From the NCBI GenBank assembly GCA_964234715.1, contig OZ174275.1: a stretch of 64,000 bases of DNA. One strand, written 5' to 3'. Positions 50,206 through 62,200 of the stretch are shown here, in pieces (position 1 is the first letter of the stretch; each line of letters starts with the position of its first letter). The position numbers and the translations under genes are program-made. The notes beneath the pieces are model-generated. The model searched no databases and was not told the DNA's origin. It saw only the letters and a list, made by a program, of their open reading frames with translations. The stretch comes from Podarcis melisellensis (lineage: Eukaryota).

Positions 50206-53200
50206 TAATAATAATAAAAATGTATTATACCCCGCCCATCTGGCCGGGCCTCCCCAGCCGCTCTGGGTGGCTCCCAACAGAATATTAAAAACATGATAAA
50301 ACATCAATTTTTAAAAAACCTCCCTAAAAGGGCTGCCTTCAGATGTCTTCTAAAAGTCAGATACAGTGGTGCCTCGCAAGACGAAATTAATCCGTTCCGT
50401 GAGTCTCTTCGTCTTGTTGTCTTTTCGTCTTGCGAAGCACGGCTATTAGCAGCTTAGTGGCTATTAGCGGCTTAGCGGCTATTAACGGCTTAGCGGCTTT
50501 AAGAAAAAGGAAACAAACTCGCAAGAACTTGCAAGACGTTTCGTCATGCAAAGCAAGCCCATAGGGAAATTCGTCTTGCGGAACGACTCAAAAAATGGAA
50601 AACTCTTTCATCTTGCACATTTTTCGTCTTGCGAGGTACCACTGTAGTTGTTTATTTCCTTGACATCGAAGGGAGGGGGTTCCACAGGGCAGGCGCCGCT
50701 ACCAAGAAGGCCCTCTGCCTGGTTCCCTGTAACCTCACTTCTTGCAGTGAGGGAACCGCCAGAAGGCCCTCGGCACTGGACCTCAGTGTCCAGGCTGAAT
50801 GATGGGGGTGGAGATGCTCCTTCAGGTATACTGTTTTTAGCTGCTTTTGTGATGTGATTGTAAATTGATATGTTACACATGTAAAAGATGATACATCAAT
50901 TAATACATCATCACTAATTCATTAGAACTATGGTTTGTGTTAAGGGTGCAATGGAAACGTTAAAACATATTCAAATTAATAATATTTTGCTTTAATATTG
51001 TTACAGATCCTCCTTCACCACCTCGATGGCTTGAGGTCATTAATATCACTAAAAACACTGCGGACCTTAAATGGACAGTACCAGAACGCGACGGAGGTTC
51101 TCCTATTACAAATTACATTGTTGAAAAGAGAGACGTACGACGGAAAGGCTGGCAGACGGTTGATACTACGGTTAAGGACACCAAATATACAGTGACACCA
51201 CTAACAGAAGGCTCTCTGTATGTATTCCGTGTGGCTGCAGAAAATGCAGTGGGGCAGAGTGACTACTGTGAAATTGAGGACTCTGTTCTTGCAAAAGACA
51301 CCTTCAGTAAGTTTTCAAGTGCACACACTCAGAATTCAGCTTCAACAAACTATGTCATTGTTTTTAAATTTCTGTTTTCCTAACTATCAATATTATTTAA
51401 TTTAGCTACCCCTGGAGCACCATATGCACTTACACCAGTCGAAGTGACAAAGAGGCATGTCGACCTAAAATGGGAACCCCCTAAGAATGATGGTGGCAGA
51501 CCAATTCTACGGTAAAAGAGAATTGTTTTTATATTTATTTTTTGTAAACCACTTAGAGGTTCAGTTTACAATCAAGCAGCATATACATTTTTAGATAGAT
51601 AGATAGATAGATAGAAAGAAAGATAGAAAGATGAATACAGACAGACAGAATATATTGGGAAAGAGTATAAAATCTGGGGCAGGGAGAGATGATTAATAGA
51701 GAAAATTTATTTTTAAAGGTTCCAAAGTTTATTGTATTCAATATACACATCTATTAGATGAGCAATGTTTCAAATCTAAATGAACGATTCGTTCTTGATT
51801 AAATCTTTCTACTTGGTCTGATCTTTTATTCCCCTTCCTTCCCTCCCCCTCCCCTTTTTATGAAGATTACCTGCTCTGGATCCCACAGCTAATTCTCCCC
51901 TGGTCTCCTCGCTGGCCCAAATAGGACTAATTTAGCCAGCTAGCCCTGGTGATCATCTAATGTTTATTGGATGGATTTCCCACCCTAAATTGATTTTGAA
52001 TTCAGAATTTATTGTTATTCACGTTTTATACTGTATTTTATGCTGTTTTTTGTTGCATCAATGAAGTGTTTTAAATTTGTTGTTAGCCACCCTGAGCCCA
52101 GTTTTCTGCACTGGGAAGGGCGGGGTATAAATAAAAAAATAATATTGTTGTTGTTGTTTGAATTGTATGGATTCATGCACCTTATAAACATCTGTTCTTC
52201 ACACAGATACGTTATTGAAAAGAAAGAGAAGCTTGGCACGCGCTGGGTGAAAGCTGGCAGAACATCAGGCCCGGATTGCAATTTCAGAGTAACGGATGTC
52301 ATAGAAGGTACAGAGGTGCAGTTCCAGGTCCGTGCTGAAAATGAAGCCGGCTGTGGTCACCCTAGCGAACCGACTGACATCCTGGCAATTGAAGATCCAA
52401 CAAGTGAGTTACGAACATTGGAAATTATAATCAGTGAAATATGTGTTGTGCCAAATAGAACGGCAGAAAATAACATTACTTATGTATTCCTGCAGGCCCT
52501 CCTTCACCTCCTCTGGACTTACACGTGACAGACGCAGGAAGAAAACACATTTCGATTGCATGGAAACCCCCAGAGAAAAATGGCGGCAGTCCTATAATCG
52601 GATACAATATAGAGCTCTGTGAAGCAGGAACTGAAAAATGGATGAGAATAAATTCTCGACCAGTCAAAGATTTGAAATACAAAGCAGAAGAAGGTGTTGT
52701 CCCTGACAAGGAATATATTCTCAGGGTCAGAGCTGTCAACGCTATAGGGGCTAGTGAGCCATCAGACATATCAGAAAACGTTGTCGCCAAAGATCCAGAC
52801 TGTGAGTATAGTTGTTTTCGAAACAGTCATGAAATAAATTATAAATTGTGAAATTGCTTTGGCACACTAATTGAAATTATTTTTCTGTGTGTTTTCTTTA
52901 AAAAAAACACAACAGGTAATCCAACTGTTGATATAAAGACTACAGACCTCGTTGTGGTTGAAGGTGAAAAGTTAAGTATCCCTGTGCCCTTCAGAGCTGT
53001 TCCAACTCCAACTATTGCTTGGCATAAGAGTGGGAAGGAGTTGAAAGCCGGTGACCGAACAACAATGAAGAGCGACCACATCTCTGCCTTGCTGGAAGTA
53101 ACAAATGCAGTCCATGCTGATGCTGGCGTTTACACTATTACCTTGGAGAATAAATTGGGTTCAACAACCGGTACAATCAATGTCAAAGTAATAGGTAATT

Positions 53201-56200
53201 TATTTTTCTTATACCGGCAATTATGTGAATTAGACTCATAATGGTGAATGGGTGACAAGATGCTCAGCTCTTAGTGTCAGGGACTGTGCTGAGGAGGGCT
53301 GCACTGAGGGAAAAGGTTGGGAGCCTCCCCCTCCGCCTCCCCATCCCCCTCCTCTGCATCTGGATCCTGAATCTTCCCAGGAGCAGGAGGAAAGTATAGA
53401 TTTGGAGCAGTGGTTTGCAGAGGGGCACAGTTCAGAAGGCAGAAGCTGGGAAATACTGGGTGGGGAACAGCTAGGAGAAGAAACACTGGAAGAGAGAGAG
53501 TTAATAGATTCACAGTCATTGGACAGCATTCCCCCACTGCCCTTCCCAAGGTCGAGAAGAGTTCGGAAAGCGGCAGAACAGAAAGCACACAAAGCACAGA
53601 GAGTACAAACTCAGATTACAAGACGTAGTAATGACGTAGATTAATAGGGACATAAGGGGGTAGGATCCTTAATTGGGAGCACTGCCATTCCTAGGAGATG
53701 GGTTCTTTGTTCTCTCGCTGTGATTATTAGTTTCTAACTGGTAAGACAACTCCTTTTCCTTTGTTTTGCTTATCTACTGCCATGAAGGAAGAAGCTGATT
53801 CCCTGAAGCCTGACACTTAGCTGCTTAATTGATACATGTAACATGAGCCAAAGCTGGTATCTCCATGTGTCTAAATAAGGAGATAGGTCAACCTGAGGAA
53901 TTGTAAATAATATATATAAATGTTTATCATCCCTATGATTAGTGTGCACGAGTATATATATTCTTTTAATACAGTTTTCAAACCAATTTACTTAAATGTG
54001 ACATGTGTACCTATTGTTCTTCAATTAGGTGTGCCTGGACCATGCAATAGTATTAAGGCAAGTGAAGTAACTAAAAATTCATGTAAAGTGACCTGGGAAC
54101 CTCCAGAATTTGATGGCAACACTCCAATTTTACATTATGTGCTGGAGCGAAGAGAAGCTGGTAGGAGAACATACATACCAGTGATGTCTGGTGAGAACAA
54201 ATTGGCATGGAATGTAAAGGATCTCATACAAAATGGTGAATACTACTTCCGCGTTAAAGCTGTTAATAAAATTGGAGGAGGTGAATACATTGAACTGAGA
54301 AATCCAGTGATTGCAGAAGATCCAAAGCGTAAGTTTTTTTTTTATGATCATCAAGACTGAAAAAGGAAAATGGTTTCTCTGTGCCTTCTATTTATCCATT
54401 TTCTTTTAAATTTTCAATATGCAGAGCGTCCAGATCCACCTATTGACCTTGAGGTTCACAATCCAACATCGAAGTCAGTAACACTCACATGGAAACCACC
54501 ATTGTATGATGGAGGAACCAAGATTATGGGCTACGTTTTGGAAAAGTTAGTTAAAGGAGGAGAGAAGTGGGAAAGATGCAATGACTTTTTGGTTCCTCTT
54601 TTGACTTCTCCTGTGAAAGGTCTTGAGGAAGGCAAAGAATATCAGTTCCGTGTCCGTGCAGAGAATGCTGCAGGTGTCAGCGGACCTTCTAATGTCACTC
54701 CTCTAGTGAAAGCAGTGGATCCCGTTGGTATGTTTTGCAAACTACCTATTCATTTTTAGCAAGTATTCAAATTCTGCTGTATGCTACAGTATCAAATATA
54801 AACTAAAACAATATTTTTATGGTTACAGAGGCTCCAAAGGTTTTCCTCGGTGCGAATCTGCAGGCTGGCCTTGAGGTGAAGCAAGGTTCTGAGATTGCAC
54901 TTGAAGCCCACATTTCAGGGTCACCTTACCCAACTATTGATTGGTTATGGAATGATGAAGTTGTTAAGCCAACAGAAATTAAGAAGAGAGTTACCAAGGT
55001 TACTAGGAAGAAGAAAGGTGAAGTTGAAGAAGATGAGCCTTTCCACTTGTCCCTGCCCGAGCGTTTGAGCATTGACAACCACAGACAAGGAGATTCTGTA
55101 CTGGTCGTTCGAGATTCAATCAGACCAGACCATGGCACATATACTATTCGAGTTGAAAACGATCACGGAGTTGCAAAAGCTTCATGTGAAGTCAATGTGT
55201 TAGGTATGCCCTTATACATAATGGTGTGTGATACATTTTCTTCAAAATGTTTGAAGTGATATGTGCAAAGTCGTGCTCATTATTTTTGTTTTCAAAACAG
55301 ATACACCTGGACCACCAGTCAACTTTGTTTTTGAGGAGGTTCGTAAAAATAGCATCACTTGCAAGTGGGAGCCTCCTCTTGATGATGGCGGAAGTGAAAT
55401 ATTGAACTACGTCCTTGAAAAGAAAGACAACACAAAATCCGACATTGGCTGGGTTACCGTTACTTCAACGCTTAGGCATTGCAAATATAATGTGCCTAAA
55501 CTTATTGAAGGAAAGGAGTACATATTCCGTGTGAAAGCTGAGAACAGAGTAGGAGCTGGACCTCCATGTCTTTCAAAACCTGTTGTAGCTCAAGATCCAT
55601 TCAGTAAGTCTTGTACTCTATCTAAATATGTGCTTCATTCATTTTTCCCAAAAGGCACTGCCATCATCATCACCTTACACTCATATTGTACTTTAACATT
55701 AAAACTTTAATTCTATAATAACCCAGCAGAAAAACCTTGCAGAAGGAAATGGCTAAATTACATTTGCTGATTGTTGCATCTGAGTGCAGCATCCTAAAAA
55801 GGAAAAGCAAAAGCTAAGACAATCCATGCTAGTTGACTGTAAAACTTGCCATATCAGCCTTTTCTATTCTGTTCTCTCCTTGTGTCTCAAAGTGTGTGAA
55901 GTGGGTGGTAATTACAAATAATAAATCCTTGAGATATATGGGTACACTGAGCTGGTAAGATCATCATTGACAAAAGCAAATGCTTTAATAATCCACCAGT
56001 AAAATAAATTGCAGATGAATTCGTACATAAAAAGCGGAAAAAGAAGAACTGTGAAAAACACACATTTTCTTTAAGTCTTTCCATGTACACAAAACCCACC
56101 CGCACTTTCTACAAGTTTCAAGCATGCACATCTACACATTTAGGGTATAACACAGAGATAATATTTACATATCATGAAGGCAGTTTTGTTTTATTGGGAT

Positions 56201-59200
56201 GTGGCTTTCCAGGGACCAAGCTAAACTTTACTACTCACAAGGGGTTCTGAATTCACTTAAAGGCATGCTGGGAGAACCAAGCTAACTGCCCCTGCCCCCA
56301 TTTTTCATCCCAGTTTGCCCCCTTTGTGTAGTAAAGAAAAATACATGTAACAGCTAATTTAGTAGCTCTCAGGCTGCAATCCTAGACACATTTACCTGGG
56401 AGTAAGTACAGCTGAAATCATGGGACTTCATTTCAAGTAACTGTGAATAAGATCAGGCTGCATATTGCAACTGAAGCCTCCAAGTAAAGATATGGTGGAG
56501 GAGAAAATTAGAGGCAGTAAACAAATTAAATTTCTGTATGATTTGGTAAGCTCCACTAACATTTGCATATCCTCTTTTTCTAGGTCCTCCTGATGCACCT
56601 GATAAACCTCTAGTAGAGGATCCAACCAGCAGTAGTCTGTTGGTTAAGTGGAATGAGCCTAAAGACAATGGTAGCCCCATTTTGGGATACTGGATTGAAA
56701 AGCGTGAAATCAATGGAACCCACTGGGCCCGTGTGAACAAAGAGCGTGTGAATGCCCTGGAAACTAGAGTTGAAGGACTTTTAGAAGGTCTAACTTACGT
56801 TTTTAGAGTTTGTGCTGAAAATGCAGCTGGCCTTGGCAAATTCAGTCCCCCTTCAGATCCTAAAACTGCACAAGACCCAATATGTAAGTTGTTAGATAGA
56901 TAATATTATCCCTTAGTTTGAAAAGGGAAGTTTTCAGTCTATTCATCTCTCTTTATATGTATTTTTTTCTTTTAGTGCCTCCTGGCCCACCTGTTCCAAG
57001 AATTGTTGATACAAGCTCAACATCTATTGACGTTGAATGGGACGCTCCGCTATACAATGGGGGTAGTGAAATCACTGGCTACCATGTTTACAAGAATTTT
57101 GTCGGCTCAAATGAATGGTCTCGCTGCACAGAAAGACCTATTAAGGTTCGGAGCTATATAGTTAAAGGAATTAGAGAAGGTGCAGATTACAAACTTCGTA
57201 TTACCGCCCTTAATGTTGCTGGGGAAGGACCTCCTGGAGAAACAGAGCCTGTAACAGTTGCAGAGCCTCAAGGTACTGTGATTATGTAATTTAAAATGAA
57301 ATCTAATGTGAAATAGTTTGTAGGATTGCAAATTAATTAATTCTCTCTCTCTCCTTATACAGAGCCTCCCACTGTTGAATTTGATATTTCTGTCAGGGCA
57401 GGAGTTCAGATATTGGCAGGTCAAGCACTTAAACTCCCTGCTATTGTTACTGGACGACCTACCCCTACAATTGTATGGACTTTAGAGGATGCAGATGTTG
57501 ACAAAGAGCGAGTTGTGATTGAAAATGTTGGCACTTCATCTGAGCTGTTTATCAAAAATGCACTCAGAAAAGACCACGGAAGATATGTGATTACTGCCAC
57601 CAACGAAAGTGGTTCTAAATTTGCTGCAACCAGAGCAGAAATATTTGGTAAGAAATGCTACATAGAGTGAAACGATGAATATATTAAGTATTTGGCGTTC
57701 TTGAATTACATCTCATGTCTTCTTTTCCAGATGTTCCTGGACCGGTTACTGACTTGCACCCTGTGGTGGTAAATAGAAAGATGTGTCTACTTAACTGGGA
57801 TGATCCCAAAGATGATGGAGGAAGTGAGATCATAGGTTTCCTTGTAGAGAGGAAAGATGCCAAAATGCATACATGGAGACTAGCCGTAGATACAGACAGA
57901 TCTAAGTGTGATATAACAGGCCTTGTTGAAGGACAAGAATATAAGTTCCGTGTATTCGCCAAGAACAAGTTTGGCTGTGGTCCACCTGTTGAACTGGGAC
58001 CTCTCCTTGCTGTTGACCCCAAAGGTAAAACTTCTTGTATTGATAAAAACCATCAGAACACTTTGGAACAGAGGATCCCCCTCCCGTAATTTCAACTTTT
58101 TAAACACCATTCAAAATATATATTTATATCGTTTATATTCACAACACTCCTGTGTGTGTGTGTGCGCGCGCGCGCGCGTGTGTGCGCGCATGCGCATGCA
58201 CATTCTTGCAGTTGAACCCAGAACATGTCAGTTTCTTGAAAGAGAACTTTTCTAGAGTCAGGATAACTGAAAACCTAGTGCTTCCCATGTTCATTTCTGT
58301 GTGGAAATACTTTAAAATAACAACAACAACAACAACAACAACCCTACAAGGGCAAAATGTTGCATGCGAAGATGCTCTGGTGTAAAGCTTTTCTGTAGCT
58401 GCTCTAGATTTACAAAATCCAATTTCTCCACACACCTCTTTCCCACTTCCAGCAATTCCCTGGTCGCACCAATGCATTTTGGAGTTAGTATAACATTGTC
58501 CCATTTAACTTAGTATTTAATGACAGTTTTAAACTGAGGATGGAGAGGTGGGTTTCAGTAAACATCTGCAGAGCTTCCCTCCTCTTTGCATGTCCCTAGC
58601 CTTGGAGGCAGGGGAATATAAACCGAAATAAATAAAACGATGTATTTTTACCTTGTTCGCTGGTGAAACTGCTGCGCAGTAAACATGACGTGAAAAAACA
58701 AGGGTTTATTTTTCAAATTTAACTTATCATTTTTCATTCTTGCCACAACAGGTCCTCCAACTGCTCCTGAGAGGTTCATGTACACAGAGAGAACAAAAAA
58801 TTCTGTTACACTTGACTGGAAGCCTCCCCGTAATGATGGTGGAAGCCCCATCATCGGCTACATTGTTGACAAAAGAAGACATGACTCAAATGAATTTGAA
58901 AGAGTCAATAAGAGACTCTGTCCAACTACATCCCTTCTTGTGGACAATCTTGCTGAGCTGCATATGTATGAGTTCCGAGTCAAGGCTGTCAACGAGATTG
59001 GAGAAAGTGAACCATCACTGCCCCTTAATGTAGTCGTACAGGATGATGAAGGTGAGGCTCTTTAATATAAATGTGTACACTTCACCTATAGATGTGAACA
59101 TTTGGTGTCTGCTAGAGGCCTCACTATATTTTTGAGAATTACATGGTTAATCGCTTTTGCATTAATTTCCTTTTTTCAGAACCTCCCACAGTGACGTTGC

Positions 59201-62200
59201 GTCTATCTGTTAGAGGAGATACTATCAAAGTTATGGCAGGGCAACCAGTCAACATTCCAGCAGACGTGACAGGTCTTCCAATGCCAAAGATTGAATGGTC
59301 TAAAGATGATGTTGTGATTGATAAAACATCAGATGCCCTTAAGATCACCAAAAAGGAAACAAGTAGAACAGAGGCAAAAACTGAACTCAGCATGCCTGCA
59401 GCAGTTAGAAATGATAAAGGCACTTACACAGTTTCAGCTTCTAATCGTCTTGGCACCGCATACCGCAATGTTCACGTTGAAATATTTGGTATGTATCTAG
59501 CTTCTTGCTTAAACGGCCAAAGTTTTCTTACTTTATTTCTACCATAACACAATACTAAATTGGTTTTATTTAGATCGTCCTTCTCCACCGAGAAATCTCA
59601 CCGTATCGGATATTAAAGCTGAATCTTGCTGTTTGACTTGGGATGCCCCACTCGATAATGGTGGCAGTGAGATTACACACTACATTATTGAGAAGCGTGA
59701 TGCGAGCAAAAAGAAGTCTGACTGGGAGGAAGTATCCAGCACTGTTGTGGATAGACGATTTGGGGTAATGCTTCAATCTTGATTTCATAGGCGAAAGGAG
59801 TAGTCTTTAAATGAAAAATGACCATTTATAAAATTGTTGAGCTGAATGTTAACACTGTTCACCTTCTGGATTTCCTATTTTTACGTCTGCCTTCCATTTA
59901 ATGCCAAAATAGGTATTCCTATACTCTGTATTGAATGGTACTTCGCTCCCTTCAGAGTCGGGTTAGTAGCAGTTGGTGCAGATATGCCAATGATGTATAG
60001 AGTTGTTAAGCATCAGAGCAACAAGCAGGTGGTTTTTTCAAGAACTGTTTTAAGATGTCCATATGATGGCATCTAACTGCATGGAAAACATCCAAAATAC
60101 ACTAAAACCTGTTCTGAAAATTGGATTTACGCATGTCATAGGATCAAGCAGTTGGATGGGTCCTTTTTGAGTTTGAGGGGTCTTCCTAGTCAAATCCCTT
60201 GCTCAGTGCAGGAAAATGAGAACCTGGGCACTCCCCACAGATGGCCGTTTAGATTCTGCCTAAGACCTCCAGTGAAGAAGAATCCAATGTTCATTGACTC
60301 CATTGTCAAACTTTTAAGAGGTTTCTCCTAATGTTCAACTGAATCGTGCCCTCCTTTAGCTTATGAGATCTAGATGTTTATGCCTTCTGTATGACATCTT
60401 CTCAGGTATTTGTAATATGTTAACTTGCCCCCCCTCAGACATCACCCCACCAAGTTAAACAAACCCAATTCCTTCATCCTTTCTTTTTAAGTCTTGTTTT
60501 CCATACCACTGACTACCTTTGTTGCCCTCCTTTGTGAGGTGACCTTTGGCTATTCTTTGTTTAAAGTCCTGGAAACAACACAGGGAATTGATATGAAACT
60601 GATTTTAAAAAATAATAATGTATCATGATTCTTTTACTTTTCAGGTCTATAAACTGGCAACAAATGGACAATATCAATTTAGAGTGAGGGCCGTTAACAG
60701 GTTTGGGACAAGTGATGAATGCCTTTCCGAAAAGGTAGTTATCAAGGATCCTTATGGTCTTCCTGGACCCCCTGGAAAACCAAAGGTTACAGAACACACC
60801 AGGTCATCAATGCTGGTAACATGGACACCTCCACTAGACAATGGTGGAGCTCCAATTACTGGCTATTGGCTGGAAAAGAAAGAAGAAGGAGGTGTCTACT
60901 GGTCTCGTGTCAACAGAGCTCCAGTGACAAAACCAGCAGTGAAAGGACTGGAATACAATGTACTGCGTTTGATTGAAGGTGTAAAATACCAGTTCCGAGC
61001 TATGGCTGTGAATATTGCTGGAATTGGCCCTCCCAGTGAGCCATCAGATCTTTATGAAGCTGCAGATCCAATCTGTAAGTATAAAGACAAGGAAGCAATA
61101 AGTAACACAAAATGCCAACTTTGTAATTTTTGTTCAATTTGTCCTGAACCTGATTTGATAGAGGTTCTGTGATTTCAGTGCATGAGCTCTGCATTTGAAG
61201 CCAAATATTTAATGAGTTAGGCTTCATTTTATAAGTGCCTATTATCATGATAAATAGCAAATGTTCCTACTTTTGTGCAATGAAATACTGTATAGTTGAT
61301 AGACTTTCCATTCACTTCATTGAAGGGGTGTTGTGCAATGGAACAAGGGAGGCATAGTCCTCATGGCAGTACATTTTGCATTTGTTCAATAGATCCTCCT
61401 GGAGCACCTTCATGCCCAGATGTCAAAGACAGAACCAACTCAACTATATCTCTTGCATGGAAACCTCCACAAAAAGATGGTGGCAGTCCTATTAAAGGAT
61501 ATATTGTCGAAATGCAAGAAGAAGGTAGTTTAGATTGGAAGAGTGTGAACGAACCGGACAAGCTGTTCCCTACCTGCGATTGTGTTGTACCGAATCTGAA
61601 AGAGCTCAGAAAGTACAGATTCAGAGTAAAGGCTGTAAATGCTGCAGGGGAATCCGAGCCAAGCCTTTGCACTGCAGAAATACCATGCAAGGAAGTTCAA
61701 GGTAAGGATTGTTGAAAATAATTCTTTCCACTCGAACGTGTAGACATAGAAAAATCAAAAGATTTGAAAAGTGAAATGCAGGAATGGCTGTCCAGCACAT
61801 TAGAGTTTTCAAGAGTAAAGCAAACTTACTGGGGGTTGTTATGGGTACAAGGGAAATCCCAACATCAATCTGATAGCAATAGAAGCTGGAGCTAGATTAT
61901 TCTGCATACATTTGAGAAATAACTCTTCTCAAAGTGTCCCTGCCATATGAGTTAAGGCAGATAGTGATCAAAGAGGGATCCTTCTCAGTGGTGGCACCAT
62001 TTCAGAGAATTCTGTCCTCGGGAAGCCCACCTGACACCAACATGGTTATGGATTTGGGGCCAGCAAAGGTTTTGTTTTTGTTTTTTTACTAGGCTGTTTC
62101 ATGCATTGTTCTAATATATTATATTTTGGTGTTATATGTTATGTTTTTGTAAAGCTTTGCTAAAGGGCAGTAAATATTTCAAATAAGTATATATCTTGAT

